Shown here in pieces: positions 26,130 through 38,870 of a DNA stretch of 64,000 bases. Under the pieces are notes generated by a model that was not told the origin of the DNA, did no database searches, and saw only the letters and a list, made by a program, of their open reading frames with translations. Position 1 is the first letter of the stretch, and every line of letters begins with the position of its first letter. The stretch lies in the NCBI GenBank assembly GCA_951406725.2, contig OX597824.1, positions 70,680,001 through 70,744,000 on the forward strand, given 5' to 3'. This DNA comes from Octopus vulgaris. Taxonomy: Eukaryota. A program made the position numbers and the translations under genes.

Positions 26130-26820
26130 AGAATTATTAACTCTTTATAAGTGGAGTTTGCAGCAATAACCCCTTGACTACATACATACACACATACCAA
26201 TATATATATAGGGAGAAGACAGGTGGTATAGACAGCAAACAGATGTATTACTATAACGCTCAGGAAGTGAAAAATCTTTAACGTTTCGAGCCTACGCTCT
26301 TCCACAGAAAAAAACAAAGAAAGAAAATAAAGAATGTGTAGTGGCTAGTGATCTATTATGGCGAATGCCGGACAGAAGGGGAGATAATAAAGTAGTGGTG
26401 GTCCCAAAACAAAGATGCGTGTGCGTGTGTATAAGAGAGTTTGTATGTGCGTGTGGAAGAGGGCTGGTGATCTTGACCTGTGTGTGTGTGTAGGTGTGAA
26501 AATGTGGGGCTTGGAAGTGGTTAGTTCTGGGACCGTGCATGATGGTGTGATGTGTTGTGTGGTATGGTGGTGTAGTGGTGTGATGTGATGGTGTTGGGAG
26601 GTGGGGAAGGCAAGAGTGAGAAAAGGGAAAACAAGGGTGTGGTGTGGTTTAGGCTGAGGGTGGGGGTAGAGGTGGGATATATGTGAGGGGTGGGCTTGCA
26701 AGGGAGGGGTGACAACAAAGAAGGGGAAGGAGGAGGTGGGTAGGAGTGAAGAGAAGAAGTAGGAGTCAGAGCAAGGGAGGAGAGGTGGGTGGGAAGAAGT
26801 AGGTGTGAGAGTTGAATATA
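26130..26820 (-). mobile_element. Penelope-type pLTR / 3' region remnant
   Basis: Pyrimidine-rich tract followed by a hammerhead-like motif on the minus strand. Confidence 0.5.
26275..26310 (-). ncRNA. Minimal hammerhead-like motif (variant core)
   Basis: Minus strand: ttt CTGTGGA a GAGC gtag GCTC GAAA cgtt aaag. Confidence 0.5.
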
Positions 26821-26910
26821 TATATATATGTCCAAAACGATTACAAAGAATACGGAGACTGGTATATCTATGGATATTTCTTTTAATTATACAGCATAAT
26901 TAGTTAAAAT

Positions 26911-26993
26911 GACCAACATGTTTCTGTCTTTCAGAGAACGATCAGCTGCATATGCAACTTGCAATATTCTGCTATGCACCTCCATTCAGGGTC
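26911..26993 (-). ncRNA. Degenerate hammerhead-like motif
   Basis: Minus strand: GACC CTGAATGGA...GAAA catgtt GGTC; stem I gacc/ggtc, palindromic stem III aacatgtt. Confidence 0.4.
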
Positions 26994-27075
26994 TGAAGCG
27001 AACTGAATTTATTTATGCGTTGCTAGCTTATTTCTTTATTTTGCTATTTCATTTCATTTGAGTTTGAGTCCATGC

Positions 27076-27300
27076 TCAGGCCAAGTCGAAGACTCCACCC
27101 TCAGAGTCTGGTGTGGTTGCCAGGTTGTATTCTCTGTTTAATTTTGACATGTGTAGGAGCGAGTTTGAGTCAGTTTGTGCTCGTTGTGTATATCCTGGGA
27201 GATGGGGTTCATCTCTAATGGTGCTTAAGTATCTATCCAGCTGCAATTTGAATGATTCCACACTGCATCCTGATAGATTTCTGACATGTACCAAATGGAG
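27076..27300 (-). mobile_element. Non-LTR retrotransposon ORF2 C-terminal remnant
   Basis: VRNLSGCSVESFKLQLDRYLSTIRDEPHLPGY resembles the FK..LD..L..I.D.P C-terminus of CR1/L2/jockey-group LINEs. Confidence 0.6.
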
Positions 27301-28658
27301 TTGAATAGTTGTGCTCCTCGAACCAACAGACTTGACTCTCTATGGTGTAAGATTCAAAAAGAAAGTATGTTGTTGACAGTGACTTCAAAGTTTCAGCCAG
27401 CTAAGATATCATCGGACTTTGGTGCATTGAAGTTAATCAAGCCTTTATAAAGCCAGGCAAGAGTAACTCTAATGCACCACAGTCTGACGATGGCTTGACT
27501 GACTGAAATTTCAAAGTCACTGTCGACAGTATTCTTGTATAACAATAAATTTGTACTCTGCAAAAGTATAGAGTAACCCATCAGATTGATGTCAAATTGG
27601 TTTTATTAGAACTGAAGATTAAAAAAAAATAAATCAACACACACACACATACCTATTTCCTTACACTTCTCCAAATTGAGACTCATCATTGCCTACGCCT
27701 CCATCCCTGCTCCTGATCCACTACTTTACTTCCACCTTCATGTCTGTCTCCTTTCACATCTCATGAACCTGCTACCCACCCAGCCAACCTTTATTTCCTG
27801 TTTCTATTCTCTCTTTATCCCCTATCTCGTGTGTTGAAAGTATGTCTTGGTTCCCTATCTCCATAATTGTTTCTCCTTTTCCAGCTTGTGCAGGAAGACA
27901 CCTACCTGTACTTGTCACTCTGTTATACTTTAGACTCTCAAATTATGACACAAAGCCATCTCCCTCAGTACTGCAAACACATACTCTATTCTGTCAAAGC
28001 ATCTTGTCTTGCCAGTTACTTGCCGACCTCAATAGCAACACTGCTGTGAAGAAAGCACCCAGTACCCTCTATAAAATGATTAGGATTAGGAAGGACATCT
28101 AGCTGTAGAAGCCTTGCCAAAGCAGACACTGAAGACCAAAGCAGGCCTCAGGCTAAGCAGATCCTGATGAAACCATCCGACCCATACCAGCTTGGAATGT
28201 TAACTAGCAAGTATTTTAAGTTTTAGATATTAAGGAAATACCTAGCTCTTAACAAAAGAATTAATTGAAAACTTTTTTTTTTAATTGAGTACTTAGTAGC
28301 ATCACTTGTGTTTTGGTTGCTCTGTTCGGTTCACACATTCTTGCACACAGCACTCTGTGCCACTGAAATTAATAATTTGGTGAAGGGCGTCATAGTATCT
28401 AAGGGAGGTAATTTCTCGAAGAGTCGTTTTCTCTTGGACATTACTGATAATAATTAACTTATTGTCTCAGGTGCACTACAACTCGTCGGAAAAGGTTAAA
28501 AAAAAGGATATAAATCAGCCATATATGTCAAGTAAATAAAGATAGGTATGAAAGCAACACTTATATACAGTTCTATATTTAAGAGATGAGGAATTATGTA
28601 CATTATTTACATTTTTTTTACATTCGATGGATATTTGTCCTCATCTTGTTTGTTATTA

Positions 28659-28702
28659 ACACAACGTTTCGGCTGATATACCCTCCAGCCTTCTTCGGGT
28701 GT
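28659..28702 (-). ncRNA. Hammerhead motif (left arm), core CCGAAGA (U4C variant)
   Basis: Minus strand: ACAC CCGAAGA a GGCTG gagggtatat CAGCC GAAA CGTT GTGT. Confidence 0.55.
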
Positions 28703-29017
28703 TCGGGTGTCTTGGGGGAATTTCGAACCTGGGTTCTCATTCTTAAGATATTTTTCGATGTTTTTGTTATTATTATTATTATTAGTGTTCAGTTCACTGC
28801 TTGGAATCGAACTCAGAATCTTGGGGTTAGTAGCCCGCGCTCTTAATCACTACGCCATATGCCTGTGGGTATATGGCGTAGTGATTAAGAGCATGGGCTA
28901 CTAACCCCAAGATTCCGAGTTCAATTCCAGGCAGTGACCAGAACACTAACAATAATAATAATAACAACATCGAAAAATACCTTAGGAATGAGAACCCAGG
29001 TTCGAAATTTCCCCAAG

Positions 29018-29061
29018 ACAACTGAGGAAGGCTGAAGGGTATATCAGCCGAAACGTTGTGT
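29018..29061 (+). ncRNA. Minimal type I hammerhead ribozyme motif (right arm)
   Basis: CTGAGGA (29022-29028) a GGCTG-loop-CAGCC GAAA CGTT GTGT; palindromic stem III aacgtt. Confidence 0.65.
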
Positions 29062-29889
29062 TAACAAACAAGATGAGGACAAATATCCATCGAATGTAAA
29101 AAAATGTAAATAATGTACAAGGCTTATATGTTCATTACTTGGAATAAAATGAACAAAAGTGAGCAGTAAAAGAGTTGTAAGGGTGCGTTAGTGATATCAG
29201 GAGTAAGCATTGAGGAATTTTGGAAAGTATGGGGTTTTAGAAAGATGCAGTGTCCTGACAGCTAACAATTGATGCGGGTAGTTTATTCCATGTGTCAACA
29301 ATTCTGAGCATGAAAAAGTTTTTCAAAAGTCTTGGGTGCTGTGCTGTTTTATTAAAGCAGCGAGCTTGCAGAATCGTTAGCATGCTGGGCAAAATGTTTA
29401 GTGAAATTTAATCCTTCTTTATGTTCTGACTTTAGATCCCACCGAGGTTCATTTTGCCTTTTGGGATCTGTAAGATAAGTACCAGTCATGCACTGGGATC
29501 GATGTAATTGACTTCCCCCTTTCCCTGGAATTTCTGGCCTTGTACAAAAATTTGAAACAAAGATATTAACGGATGCCTTGTACTTTACTATATTGGTTAA
29601 TGGTGTCACATCTGCACAAACTATATTTTAGATTAAGTTGTTGGTACAAATTGGACGAAAATTAACCAAGAAGAAAATAGCTTCCTTCGAGAAATTCTGA
29701 CATATTTGTAATAACATCAACACTTTGATATTTGAACAAGTAATGGAAGAAAGAATTGATGGAACAATGGTGAAAATATCTTGTGATACTTGTTTACATT
29801 CCTTTGCACAGAGTTTAAAAGCCTGCACATCACAGGGTAGTTGGTTTGAGGCAGCTCAGACCCACTCCAGGTGAATGCCACCGTAAGTA

Positions 29890-30262
29890 CAAGTGTGTGT
29901 GTGTATGTATGTGTATATATATATATATATACAAACACATATATAAACATATATATATATATATATATGCATACATATATACTGTGTGTGTGTATATATA
30001 TATATATATATACACACATATAAATATATATATACATATGTATATATATAAACACACATCTATATATAATATATATATATATATACATATATATGTATGT
30101 ATATGTATATATATAAACACATCTATATATATATGTATGTATATGTATATATATAAACACATCTATATATATATATGTATGTATATGTATATATATATAA
30201 ACACATCTATATATATGTATGTATATGTATATATATAAACACACATCTATCTATCTATATAG
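29890..30262. repeat. Compound (TA)/(CA) microsatellite with ~38-bp higher-order unit
   Basis: Repeated aaacacatctatatatatatgtatgtatatgtatatatat. Confidence 0.85.
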
Positions 30263-30297
30263 ATATGATGGTCACTCCTGTCAATTTTGACATGGGA

Positions 30298-30523
30298 GCA
30301 TTTGAAGGAGAGGATTTAAAAAAAGTAAAACCAAGAAGGACATCATGGTCAGTGGCAAGAGAGGAAGAGGCCGACCAAGAATCCTCTGGCTTGACACCAT
30401 CAAGAGGGATGCTGGAATGGTCTTAGCCAATCTGAAAGAAGCGACCCAGGATAGAACTGACTGGAGGACACTGATCCAACGAGTAACCGAGAGTTGACTT
30501 CGACTGAGCGGATAGATAGATAG
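30298..30523 (+). mobile_element. RTE-like LINE 3' fragment
   Basis: RGRGRPRILWLDTIKRDAG...ATQDRTDWRTLI then (atag)n tail. Confidence 0.7.
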
Positions 30524-30731
30524 AAAACTAAGAAACATCAACTTTAGAGCTAAAAGAAGCTGCATCTATTTGCAATGGATGTGTGAATGTAATTTGAGTG
30601 CAGACATGGATTTTACTATGGAGTTGCCATGGGCACATTGATGATTTTGATTTTGCCTGTGATACACACATACATTCACACACATTTATACATACATATC
30701 TCTTGAAATGTGTGTTATATGTATAAATATA

Positions 30732-31223
30732 TGGGATACAGCACTTTGGTCTAAAAACATTTTCCTCAAAAGACAAAAAGGATTATTAGAGTATAGTTAT
30801 TTATTGGGTTGGTGCATAATTCTTGCAGCTTTTTTTCAACAAATTTTATTCAACAAAAACAATAACATGTAACAAAAACATCTTTAAATGATTATTCCAG
30901 AGCATATTCACCATCTACTTCAATTACTTCCCATTTGCTTGGCAGCTGGTTAGACTGTCATTTAAAGATGTTTTTGTTGAATAGAATGTGTTTAAAAAAA
31001 GCCACAATAATTATGCACCAATCCAATAGGTCTTTTACATTTTTTTTTTCTTTTTTTGAGATTTTATAGACAAAATAGTTATTAGACCAAAGTGAGTTTA
31101 GACAAAAATGTCTTTATACTAAAGGGCATTTAGACAAAAATGACTATAGTGTATTTTTACAAAAGTCACTTGAGACCAAAGTTCTTTAGATCGAAGTGTT
31201 TTAGATGAAAAGTTCTAGATCCA
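30732..31223. mobile_element. TIR element with short subterminal repeats (ttagac(c/a)aaa), containing a nested mariner MITE at ~30802-31028
   Basis: Imperfect TIRs; nested tattgggttggtgcataatt / aattatgcaccaatccaata. Confidence 0.55.
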
Positions 31224-32051
31224 AATATACATATTGGCAAACGCTAATTGAAGCAGTGTTCCATTCAAAGAGAGACAGTCTGAATATGGTTTTCGCTTTC
31301 ACAAAGAATAGTGGTGACAGTAATTTTGAAGTTTGCTGGTTGTCAGCCTTGTCAGATCATGAAATTTCCAGCTGAATGTGTTGTTTATATCTATGGTCCC
31401 TTCTTATGGATAGGTGTGTTAAGCACAGTGTGGAAGGAGTTCTGATTGCAGAGACAATAAAAATTGGGTTGTTGAGTAAAATTAAACTTCTGTTTCTAAT
31501 TATGTTTTAGTAACCAACTCTCTGTCCATTATGATTATGAGGGTTCCAGTTGATCCAATCAGTGGGACAGCTTGCTTGTGAACTTAACATGCAAGTAGCT
31601 GAGCATGCCACAGACACCCATACCCTTGATGTAGTTCTCAGGGAGGTTCAGCATGACACAGAATGTGTCAAGGCTGTCCCTTTGAATTATTATTCATTTT
31701 TGCCAGCTGAGTGGAGCAGAGCAATGTGAAATATGTTTTTTCTTCAAGGACAATGTGCCACCAGGAATTGAACTCATGACCTTACAATCATGAGCCAATG
31801 ACCCTAACCACTAAACCACAAGCCTTTACTGTTTTAGTATTGGTATTTGAATTAAGAGGGGGAGATGGAAGATAAAGTAGTAGGAGTAGCAGGGTGAGGA
31901 AGCGATGAAGGTGGCTGGAGAAAAATGTAGTAGTGTGAGGATAAATTTTGAAGAAGTGGGTTGAGAGGTAGGAGGGAGAAGGGATGGAAAAAGAATAAAG
32001 TAATAAATGTAGGAAGAAGGAAAACAAAAAATGGTACTGTGTCTTTTCATC

Positions 32052-32200
32052 CCACGTCTTTTTGCGATGATTTTTTTTTTGTCCAACAACAAATTCTATC
32101 AATAAAATTCTCAATGATTATTTGAGTTTGATGTTCGCCTTGTTTCCTAAAGAGTTTATTTAAAATTGGACAAAGAAAAATCATCAGACCAAAAGACGTG
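32052..32200. mobile_element. Small inverted-repeat element (MITE)
   Basis: ccacgtcttttt..gatgattttt..tgtccaa / ttggacaaa..aaaatcatc..aaaagacgtgg. Confidence 0.5.
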
Positions 32201-32966
32201 GACAAAGTGCGATTGGACGAAAAGTCATTCTTTTATTTGCTTCAGTCATTTGACTGCGGCCATGCTGGAGCACCACTTTTTAGTTGAGCAAATAAACCCC
32301 AGGACTTATTCTTTGTAAGCCTAGTACTTATTCTATCGGTCTCTTTTGCCGAACCGCTAAGTTACAGGGACGTAAACACACCACCATCGGTTGTCAAGTG
32401 ATATTGGAGAGACAAACACACACACATACATATATATATATATACATATATACGACAGGCTTCTTTCAGTTTCCATCTACCAAATCCACTGACAAGGGTT
32501 TGGTTGGTCCGAGGCTATAGTAGAAGACACTTGCCCAAGGTGCCACGCAGTGGGAATGAACCTGGAACCATGTGGTTGGTTGGTTGGTAAGCAAGCTACC
32601 TACCACACAGCCACTAACTCAGGTCACAGAAAAAAAAATGTTAACGATGATGATGGAAGAAATAGGGAAAGGTAACATACAGGTGGAATATACAATGATT
32701 TAATGTTTGTTTAATATGGTAAAAGACAATTGAAAGGGTATATGGGTTATAAAACAATATTCAGCACTGACTATATTTTGTTAAATATGGAATATGAAAA
32801 AATTTTCAAAAGGGTTTTATAATGATTAGAAGACAAAAGGCTTGTTTAAGAGATGAGGAATTATGTAAATGTGAATAATGTAAAAAAAAGGTTTTGCATT
32901 GAGTAATTAGGAACCAGAAATGGAATGAAGAAAAAGAAAAGGGTAGAAAGAGATAAGCATCTATAT

Positions 32967-33202
32967 CAGTGGTTCTTAACCATTTTTTTTACCTATGAAT
33001 CTCTTTGATTCCCATTTTACTCAGATGAACCCTCCAAGTCATTTAATGTTTAAAAAGGTCGTTATATTTTTATAATTAGATATTATTAAGAATTGTATGA
33101 CCAAAATTGTTTATATATTTTGTGTATTGTAAAAGTATAACCAATTTATTGCAGATAAATGTTAATAACAAAATCTTACATGGACCCGGCTGAGAACCAT
33201 TG
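32967..33202. mobile_element. hAT-type MITE
   Basis: TIR cagtggttcttaacc / ggctgagaaccattg; 8-bp TSD atctatat/atctagat. Confidence 0.75.
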
Positions 33203-33560
33203 ATCTAGATCATGTGGTCGATGGGACTATTCAAAGGGTCAATAAATGCACATCTACTTAATATTTATTTATATTTTCTTGCACACGGCTGGGAGTGAAG
33301 GGTTCTAGTAAGGGGTTGATGATCTAAAATGTTTGGGGACCCATGATGTAGATGAACCAGTCAGTACTTTAATTCGTTTATTTTTGATAAATGGTCGAAA
33401 GTTATAAACAGCCACCAGCATCAGATATAAACAATATGAATAGTTGAGATAAAAAATGTCACTAAAATATATCACCCTCTCTCTTATATATATATATATA
33501 TTTATATGTAAAATTTAACAACTGTTTCCCATGCTATGGGTTGGATATTTTATATATGTA

Positions 33561-34393
33561 TGGTGGGGTACCCAAAAGTAACTGGAAATGTTCTCTGTAG
33601 GACAAGCCCGTTGTAGTTCAGGCTTCCGTCGCTAAAAGCCACTTGATGCGACCCTCAGGCTTCAGTCTGCCAACCTACATTGTTCAGTGGGGTCATACTG
33701 CCACGTGGTGCATCTTTGTTTTGCAGAGCTTTTCTCCTGTTTGTCAATTTTTGCGATGGCTGAAATGAAGGAACAGTGTACTTCCGTGAAATTCTGTTTT
33801 CTGCTGGGGAAATTGACGGCTGAATACAAGGCCACTGCCATGAGCAAAACACAAGTTTATGAGTGGTTTTTTTGTCATTCAAGGTGACCATTGACCTTCC
33901 TAATGAATAAAAATTCATGAACTGATTTTGGCGGACCATCACCAAACAACTGACGAACTAGTTTACATGACTGGTGTGTCCTGGAGCTCCTGCTAATGAA
34001 TTTTAAGTGAGGAATCGCAAATGAAAAGTGTTGCAGCAAAATTTGTGCCTTGCTTGCTCATGGAAGATCAAAAGCACTCATGGCTGTATGTGTGTTGTGA
34101 ACTGGAGGAGCAGTTGGAATTTGATCTGGACCTTTTTTCGAAGGTTACCACAGGTGATGAAAGCTGGTGCTATGGAATTTACAGATGTGGAAGAGATGAA
34201 GAAAAATACAACAGAAGCATTAAAAGGCATCACTTTGCAAGATTTCCAGCACTGCTTCAAATAGTGGAAAATACATCTGGACCGATGCATTGCTTCAAAG
34301 GAAGAATACTTTGAAGGTGATAAGTCTAAACATGCAAAACTAAGTTAATAATATTATATTGCAGAATTCCTGTTTCTGTTGGGTACTCCATCA
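33561..34393 (+). mobile_element. Internally deleted mariner transposon
   Basis: ggggtacccaa / ttgggtactcc TIRs; fragments MAEMKEQCTSVKFCFLLGK, SKTQVYEWF, VAAKFVPCLL, VTTGDESWCYG. Confidence 0.85.
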
Positions 34394-34408
34394 TTTATAT
34401 ATATATAT

Positions 34409-35006
34409 ATAGAGTAAACCCTCGACTATTGTGGGTGTTATGTTCCAAAAACCCCTGCAATAGGTGAAAATCCATGAAGTAGGAACAGTACTGTACTCTT
34501 TACTCTTTTACTTGTTTCAGTCATTTGACTGTGGCCATGCTGGAGCACCACCTTTAGTCAAGCAAATCGACCCCGGGACTTATTCTTTGTAAGCCCATAC
34601 TTATTCTATCGGTCTCTTTTGCCGAACTGCTAAGTGATGGGGACGTAAACACACCAGCATCGGTTGTCAAGCAATGCTAGGGGGACAAACACACACACAT
34701 ACACACACACACACGCATATATATATATATACATATATACGACAGGCTTCTTTCAGTTTCCATCTACCAAATCCACTCACAAGGCATTGGTCGCCCCGGG
34801 GCTATAGCAGAAGACACTTGCCCAAGATGCCACGCAGTGGGACTGAACCCAGAACCATGTGGTTGGTTAGCAAGCTACTTACCACACAGCCACTTCTGCG
34901 CCTATTTATACTGTATATTTTATTTTATTATAAATGCAAAACAACACCATGGAAGAATCAATGTAAGCTTAAGTAATAAACTGCGATATGGTGCGGGATT
35001 ACTGTA
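34409..35006. mobile_element. Tigger/pogo-like MITE interrupted by a family-A SINE
   Basis: agtaaaccctcga... and ...gcgggattactgta ends in TA context. Confidence 0.5.
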
Positions 35007-35749
35007 TATATATATATATATACAGAGAGAGAGAGCCGTATAGAGCTTTAAACAACATTGAAATTGATGCCATTCATGTTCTGTTTAAACTACTGCAGGG
35101 AAGAGATTCCAAAGGGCCTGTGTTCTGAAGAGAAGGGATTGAGAAGAGCAGCTGGTGCAGGGTTGGCTGGATCGCGTGTTACAAGTGATTTAGAGATAAA
35201 TGATTTGAGGGTACCTGGGTGGTCGTATTATCAACCAACCTAGCTCCAAAAAGCAGAGACCATTAGAGTAACGATGGAAAAGAGGGTAACAAGAAGCAGC
35301 ATACTTGTGGGCAAGGGGCAGTTGAATTGTCTGTTAGGGATTTAGTTTGTTGAGTTGCCCTTCTCTTGATGCAGTCAAGGAAATCTGTGTGTGTGTGTGT
35401 GTGTGGCAACACTGTCTCAGATTAAAATGTTGTGCTCCATTGTCCTTACTTAAGCTTTGCAGAATGTCAGCAACCAACAGAGCATAAAAGAAATGGATTA
35501 ACAGAATGAGAACCGTTACCAATAATCATATTGCATCAAATTAGTGTCGTAACATTGTGAGCAGAGTCTTTGAAACATCAAATAAATAAACAATATGACA
35601 CATACAACCCTTGCAATTTACACCAACATATCTACCTAAGATTATACATAAATACACTAGATAATATTGTTAAAAATATAAATAAGCTGTATCTTCGTAA
35701 GCCATAGCTTCATATTTTCTAATGTATCCCTATCCCATTTATTTGTAAT

Positions 35750-38700
35750 TACTCTCAAACTGCAATTCACAACTTAAGTACCAAACTTGAAAGAACATCA
35801 AATTTCTTCAAAGTATCACAATGTATTCCTTGGCTCCAATTAAAGTGTTTTTTAACAATTTACCTGTGTATTCTTGCCAGCTTATTCAGTCTATCAAACG
35901 ATTCATTTTATCTGTAAACATCAAAACGATCATTTCCGCCACGCCTTATTATCTGATAAGAAAAACTGCTGTGCCCCTCCCACTAACTATCTGGAGTGCA
36001 GCTGGGAAGGAAACAAAGCGTTTTTCTTCGACAAAGAAATGTCTAGTCTATCTACAGAGAACACTTTCGGTTTCAGATCTTTCATGTATACCTCACATAT
36101 GAAAGAACTATATAAATTCGAAGAGGTCTTAATTAGATAAGTTGAAAACTTTAAGTTTAATTACAAAAACAAGAACTTCCAGCATGGACTACGAAAATTC
36201 CTAGAACCCGTCAAATACTCCTTAAATATATTCAGTAAAGCCAATAAAACTGAAAATCTTACGTGGAATAGATAGACACACACAAATTAATAGACAACAT
36301 TACTAAAAAAATTAAGTTTTGACCATATAAGACGTATTACGATATCAATGTGGCAGCAAAAGATCTAACCACCAAACGATCGAGCAGAAACACACAATCC
36401 ACGGTGACCATACGTGACCCTCAAAGACTACAAGGTTAATATCAACCATAAGCTTAATAGCAGACTAATCAGTATTTCTAAAAACGAAGCAAATATTATT
36501 AGCAAATCGATATTAGATAAAATTATTCCATCGGCGTAGGAGCGGCTGTGTGGTAAGTAGCTTACTTACCAACCACATGGTTCCGGATTCAGTCCCACTG
36601 CGTGGCACCTTGGGCAAGTGTCTTCTACTATAGCCTCGGGCCGACCAAAGCCTTGTGAGTGGATTTGGTAGACGGAAACTGAAAGAAGCCCGTCGTGTAT
36701 ATGTTTGTCCCCTCAACATCGCTTGACAACTGATGCTGGTGTGTTTATGTCCCTGTAACTTAGCTGTTCAGCAAAAGAGACCGATAGAATAAGAACTAAG
36801 CTTACAAAGAATAAGTCCTGGGGTCGATTAAAGGCGGTGCTCAAGCATGGCCACAGTCAAAAGAGATATCAGAGTAACCTCAAACTTTACTCCATGGACG
36901 TGTAGCAGTCCCACTTATGACTAGTATAACTCTATCAACAACTAATCCAAGTGTTTGATATTATTGATTTTCATCTGGCAATCTCAAAAGATCTTTTGCT
37001 CCAGGTCCTCAAGTTCGGTAAGTTATACACCAAAGTCACCGATTCTGAAATTAATATTATCACGAAGGCTAGAAAAATTTTACTTATTAACGGAAGCTGC
37101 TATAGGGTGAAAAGGAACGGTGATGAACTCTTCCACATCGAGATGTAGAACTGCGGGGTGATAAAGACACCTAGTTTGTCCGTTATCTTGCATAAGCTCA
37201 GCAACGACATAATGAGGCCAATATGAGAGTAAACAGAGATTGGCGGATAAGGGGTGATACAAAAATGGACACAACATGGATATTAAGATAAAAACAAGTC
37301 AGGACATTCACACGATCTAAAATTCATAATCAAAACCAATTTCAAAATAGTCAATTATTTAGAGATTAACCTGAAGCTTAGCACTTGTAAATACTGCCCC
37401 TTCCATAAACCAAACGAGCAAAATACATCAATAAAAGCTCAAAATACTCATCCTCAATTAGGAAAATTACAAATATCACTGGAAGGCAGAAACGTTAGCA
37501 TGCCGGGCGAAATTCTTAGCGGTATTTTGTCTGCCGTTACTTCTGAGTTCAAATTCCGCCGAGGCCGACTTTGCCTTTCATCCTTTCGGGGTCGATAAAT
37601 TAAGTACAGTTACGCACTGGGGTCGATGTAATCGACTTAATCCCTTTGTCTGACCCTGTTTCTCCTCTATGTTTAGCCCCTTGTGGGCAATAAAGAAATA
37701 AGAAGCACTGGAAGGCGCATCCTCAGATGAGACAACATTCTATTGAGCTGCCTCGTATAACAATGCTGCAGCCAAAGCAAAACATACAAGCGCAGAAAGA
37801 CCTCAAGTGTTATCCACTATATAACATCAACGTGACAACGCACAAACATAAGTTCACAAATCTTCAGCCACATCAAAAATTTATCTTAAGCAATAACCTA
37901 CAATAGCTATATCACTACAAATACCCTGCCGAAAACTTTGTCTGGACAATAAATGCCTTGAAAAAGAACAGGTATGCAGAGATTACATCTTTGATGTAAG
38001 TCGGGGGTGGAGAAACATTTTAGTGCGGCGGGCAAAATTTCAAAAAAAAAAAAAGAAAAAGAAAAATGGTCCGCGGGTGGATCACAAGTTCTATCTCATA
38101 TCTGTGTAAATTTTGTATATATCTATGTATAATTCGATATACGTTAATAAAGATGAGTTTAACACATTAAATTAACATGTAACATCTTCGTTAACGTCGC
38201 CGCTGAATTTAGGGCGTTTATATTACTTATGAAGTATTGTATATTTTTCAGCTAGAGTGTAGTTGGATCTCAAGGAGGTGGTACAAACCTAGCAATATAT
38301 GTTTTATAGTGAGAACAAAATTTCCATTCAAATAGTAATTGCCGGACGATTTTCTGTTCGAGTTTTAAGTCGTGGTGGAAAAGCGACCTATGTTACAAAG
38401 AGGCATACGAGTATTGTATAAATTTTATAATTGAAAAATTGACTATATTTTGTATATACGAGTATACCAGCCTGCAGGTGCAATAAAATGTGCTCGCGGG
38501 TGCAACTGCGCCCGCAGGCGGGGGTTTCCCCACCCCTGATGTAAATGGTGCAATAAAGATCTATATTGGGATCACGGAGGAAATACATTCAAGGAAAGAT
38601 TCTCACAACTGATAGATCCATTCAGAAATAGAAACAAGCATAATTCTGCGTCACTATCCAAGTTTGTATGGAATTTAAAGGATGGATGGGATGGACAATT

Positions 38701-38870
38701 CACTCACAGAGTTGCTAAAACCAATAACTATAGTGGACGACACTTCAGTTGCAACCTCTGTTTAGCAGAGAAGTTAAATATATTGACCTTGCCAGTAAAT
38801 GCATTCAACATAAGGAACGAAACATTAATTTCTTTGTTCACATGTGAAACACTTTAAATGACAAAACTTC
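35750..38870 (+). pseudogene. Decayed Penelope-like retroelement ORF (RT + GIY-YIG), interrupted by two SINEs and a hAT MITE
   Basis: ELYKFEEVLI..VENFKF; IFSKANKTENL; FDIIDFHLAISKDLL..ARKILL..VKRNGDELFHIEM; KIYIGITE; LSKFVWNLK; CNLCLAEKLNIL. Confidence 0.8.
38002..38538. mobile_element. hAT-type MITE
   Basis: TIR cgggggtggagaaac / gtttccccacccctg; 8-bp TSD atgtaagt/atgtaaat. Confidence 0.75.

Larger units (their letters stand above)
28568..29119. mobile_element. Palindromic head-to-head pair of tRNA-head + hammerhead-containing elements (candidate non-autonomous Penelope-like element / retrozyme-like SINE)
   Basis: ~260-bp inverted arms about centre ~28865; each arm has A box tggcgtagtgatt, B box gagttc(g/a)attcc, then a hammerhead core. 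Confidence 0.75.

Noticed and set aside
28874-28936. Functional tRNA gene
   Set aside because: Acceptor stem does not pair convincingly and the unit is embedded in a repeat; treated as a tRNA-derived head. The same applies to all SINE heads.
31075-31223. Short ttagac(c/a)aaa repeats with variable spacers, superficially CRISPR-like
   Set aside because: Repeats ~10 bp with 5-8 bp spacers, eukaryotic context, no cas genes; better explained as subterminal repeats of a TIR transposon.
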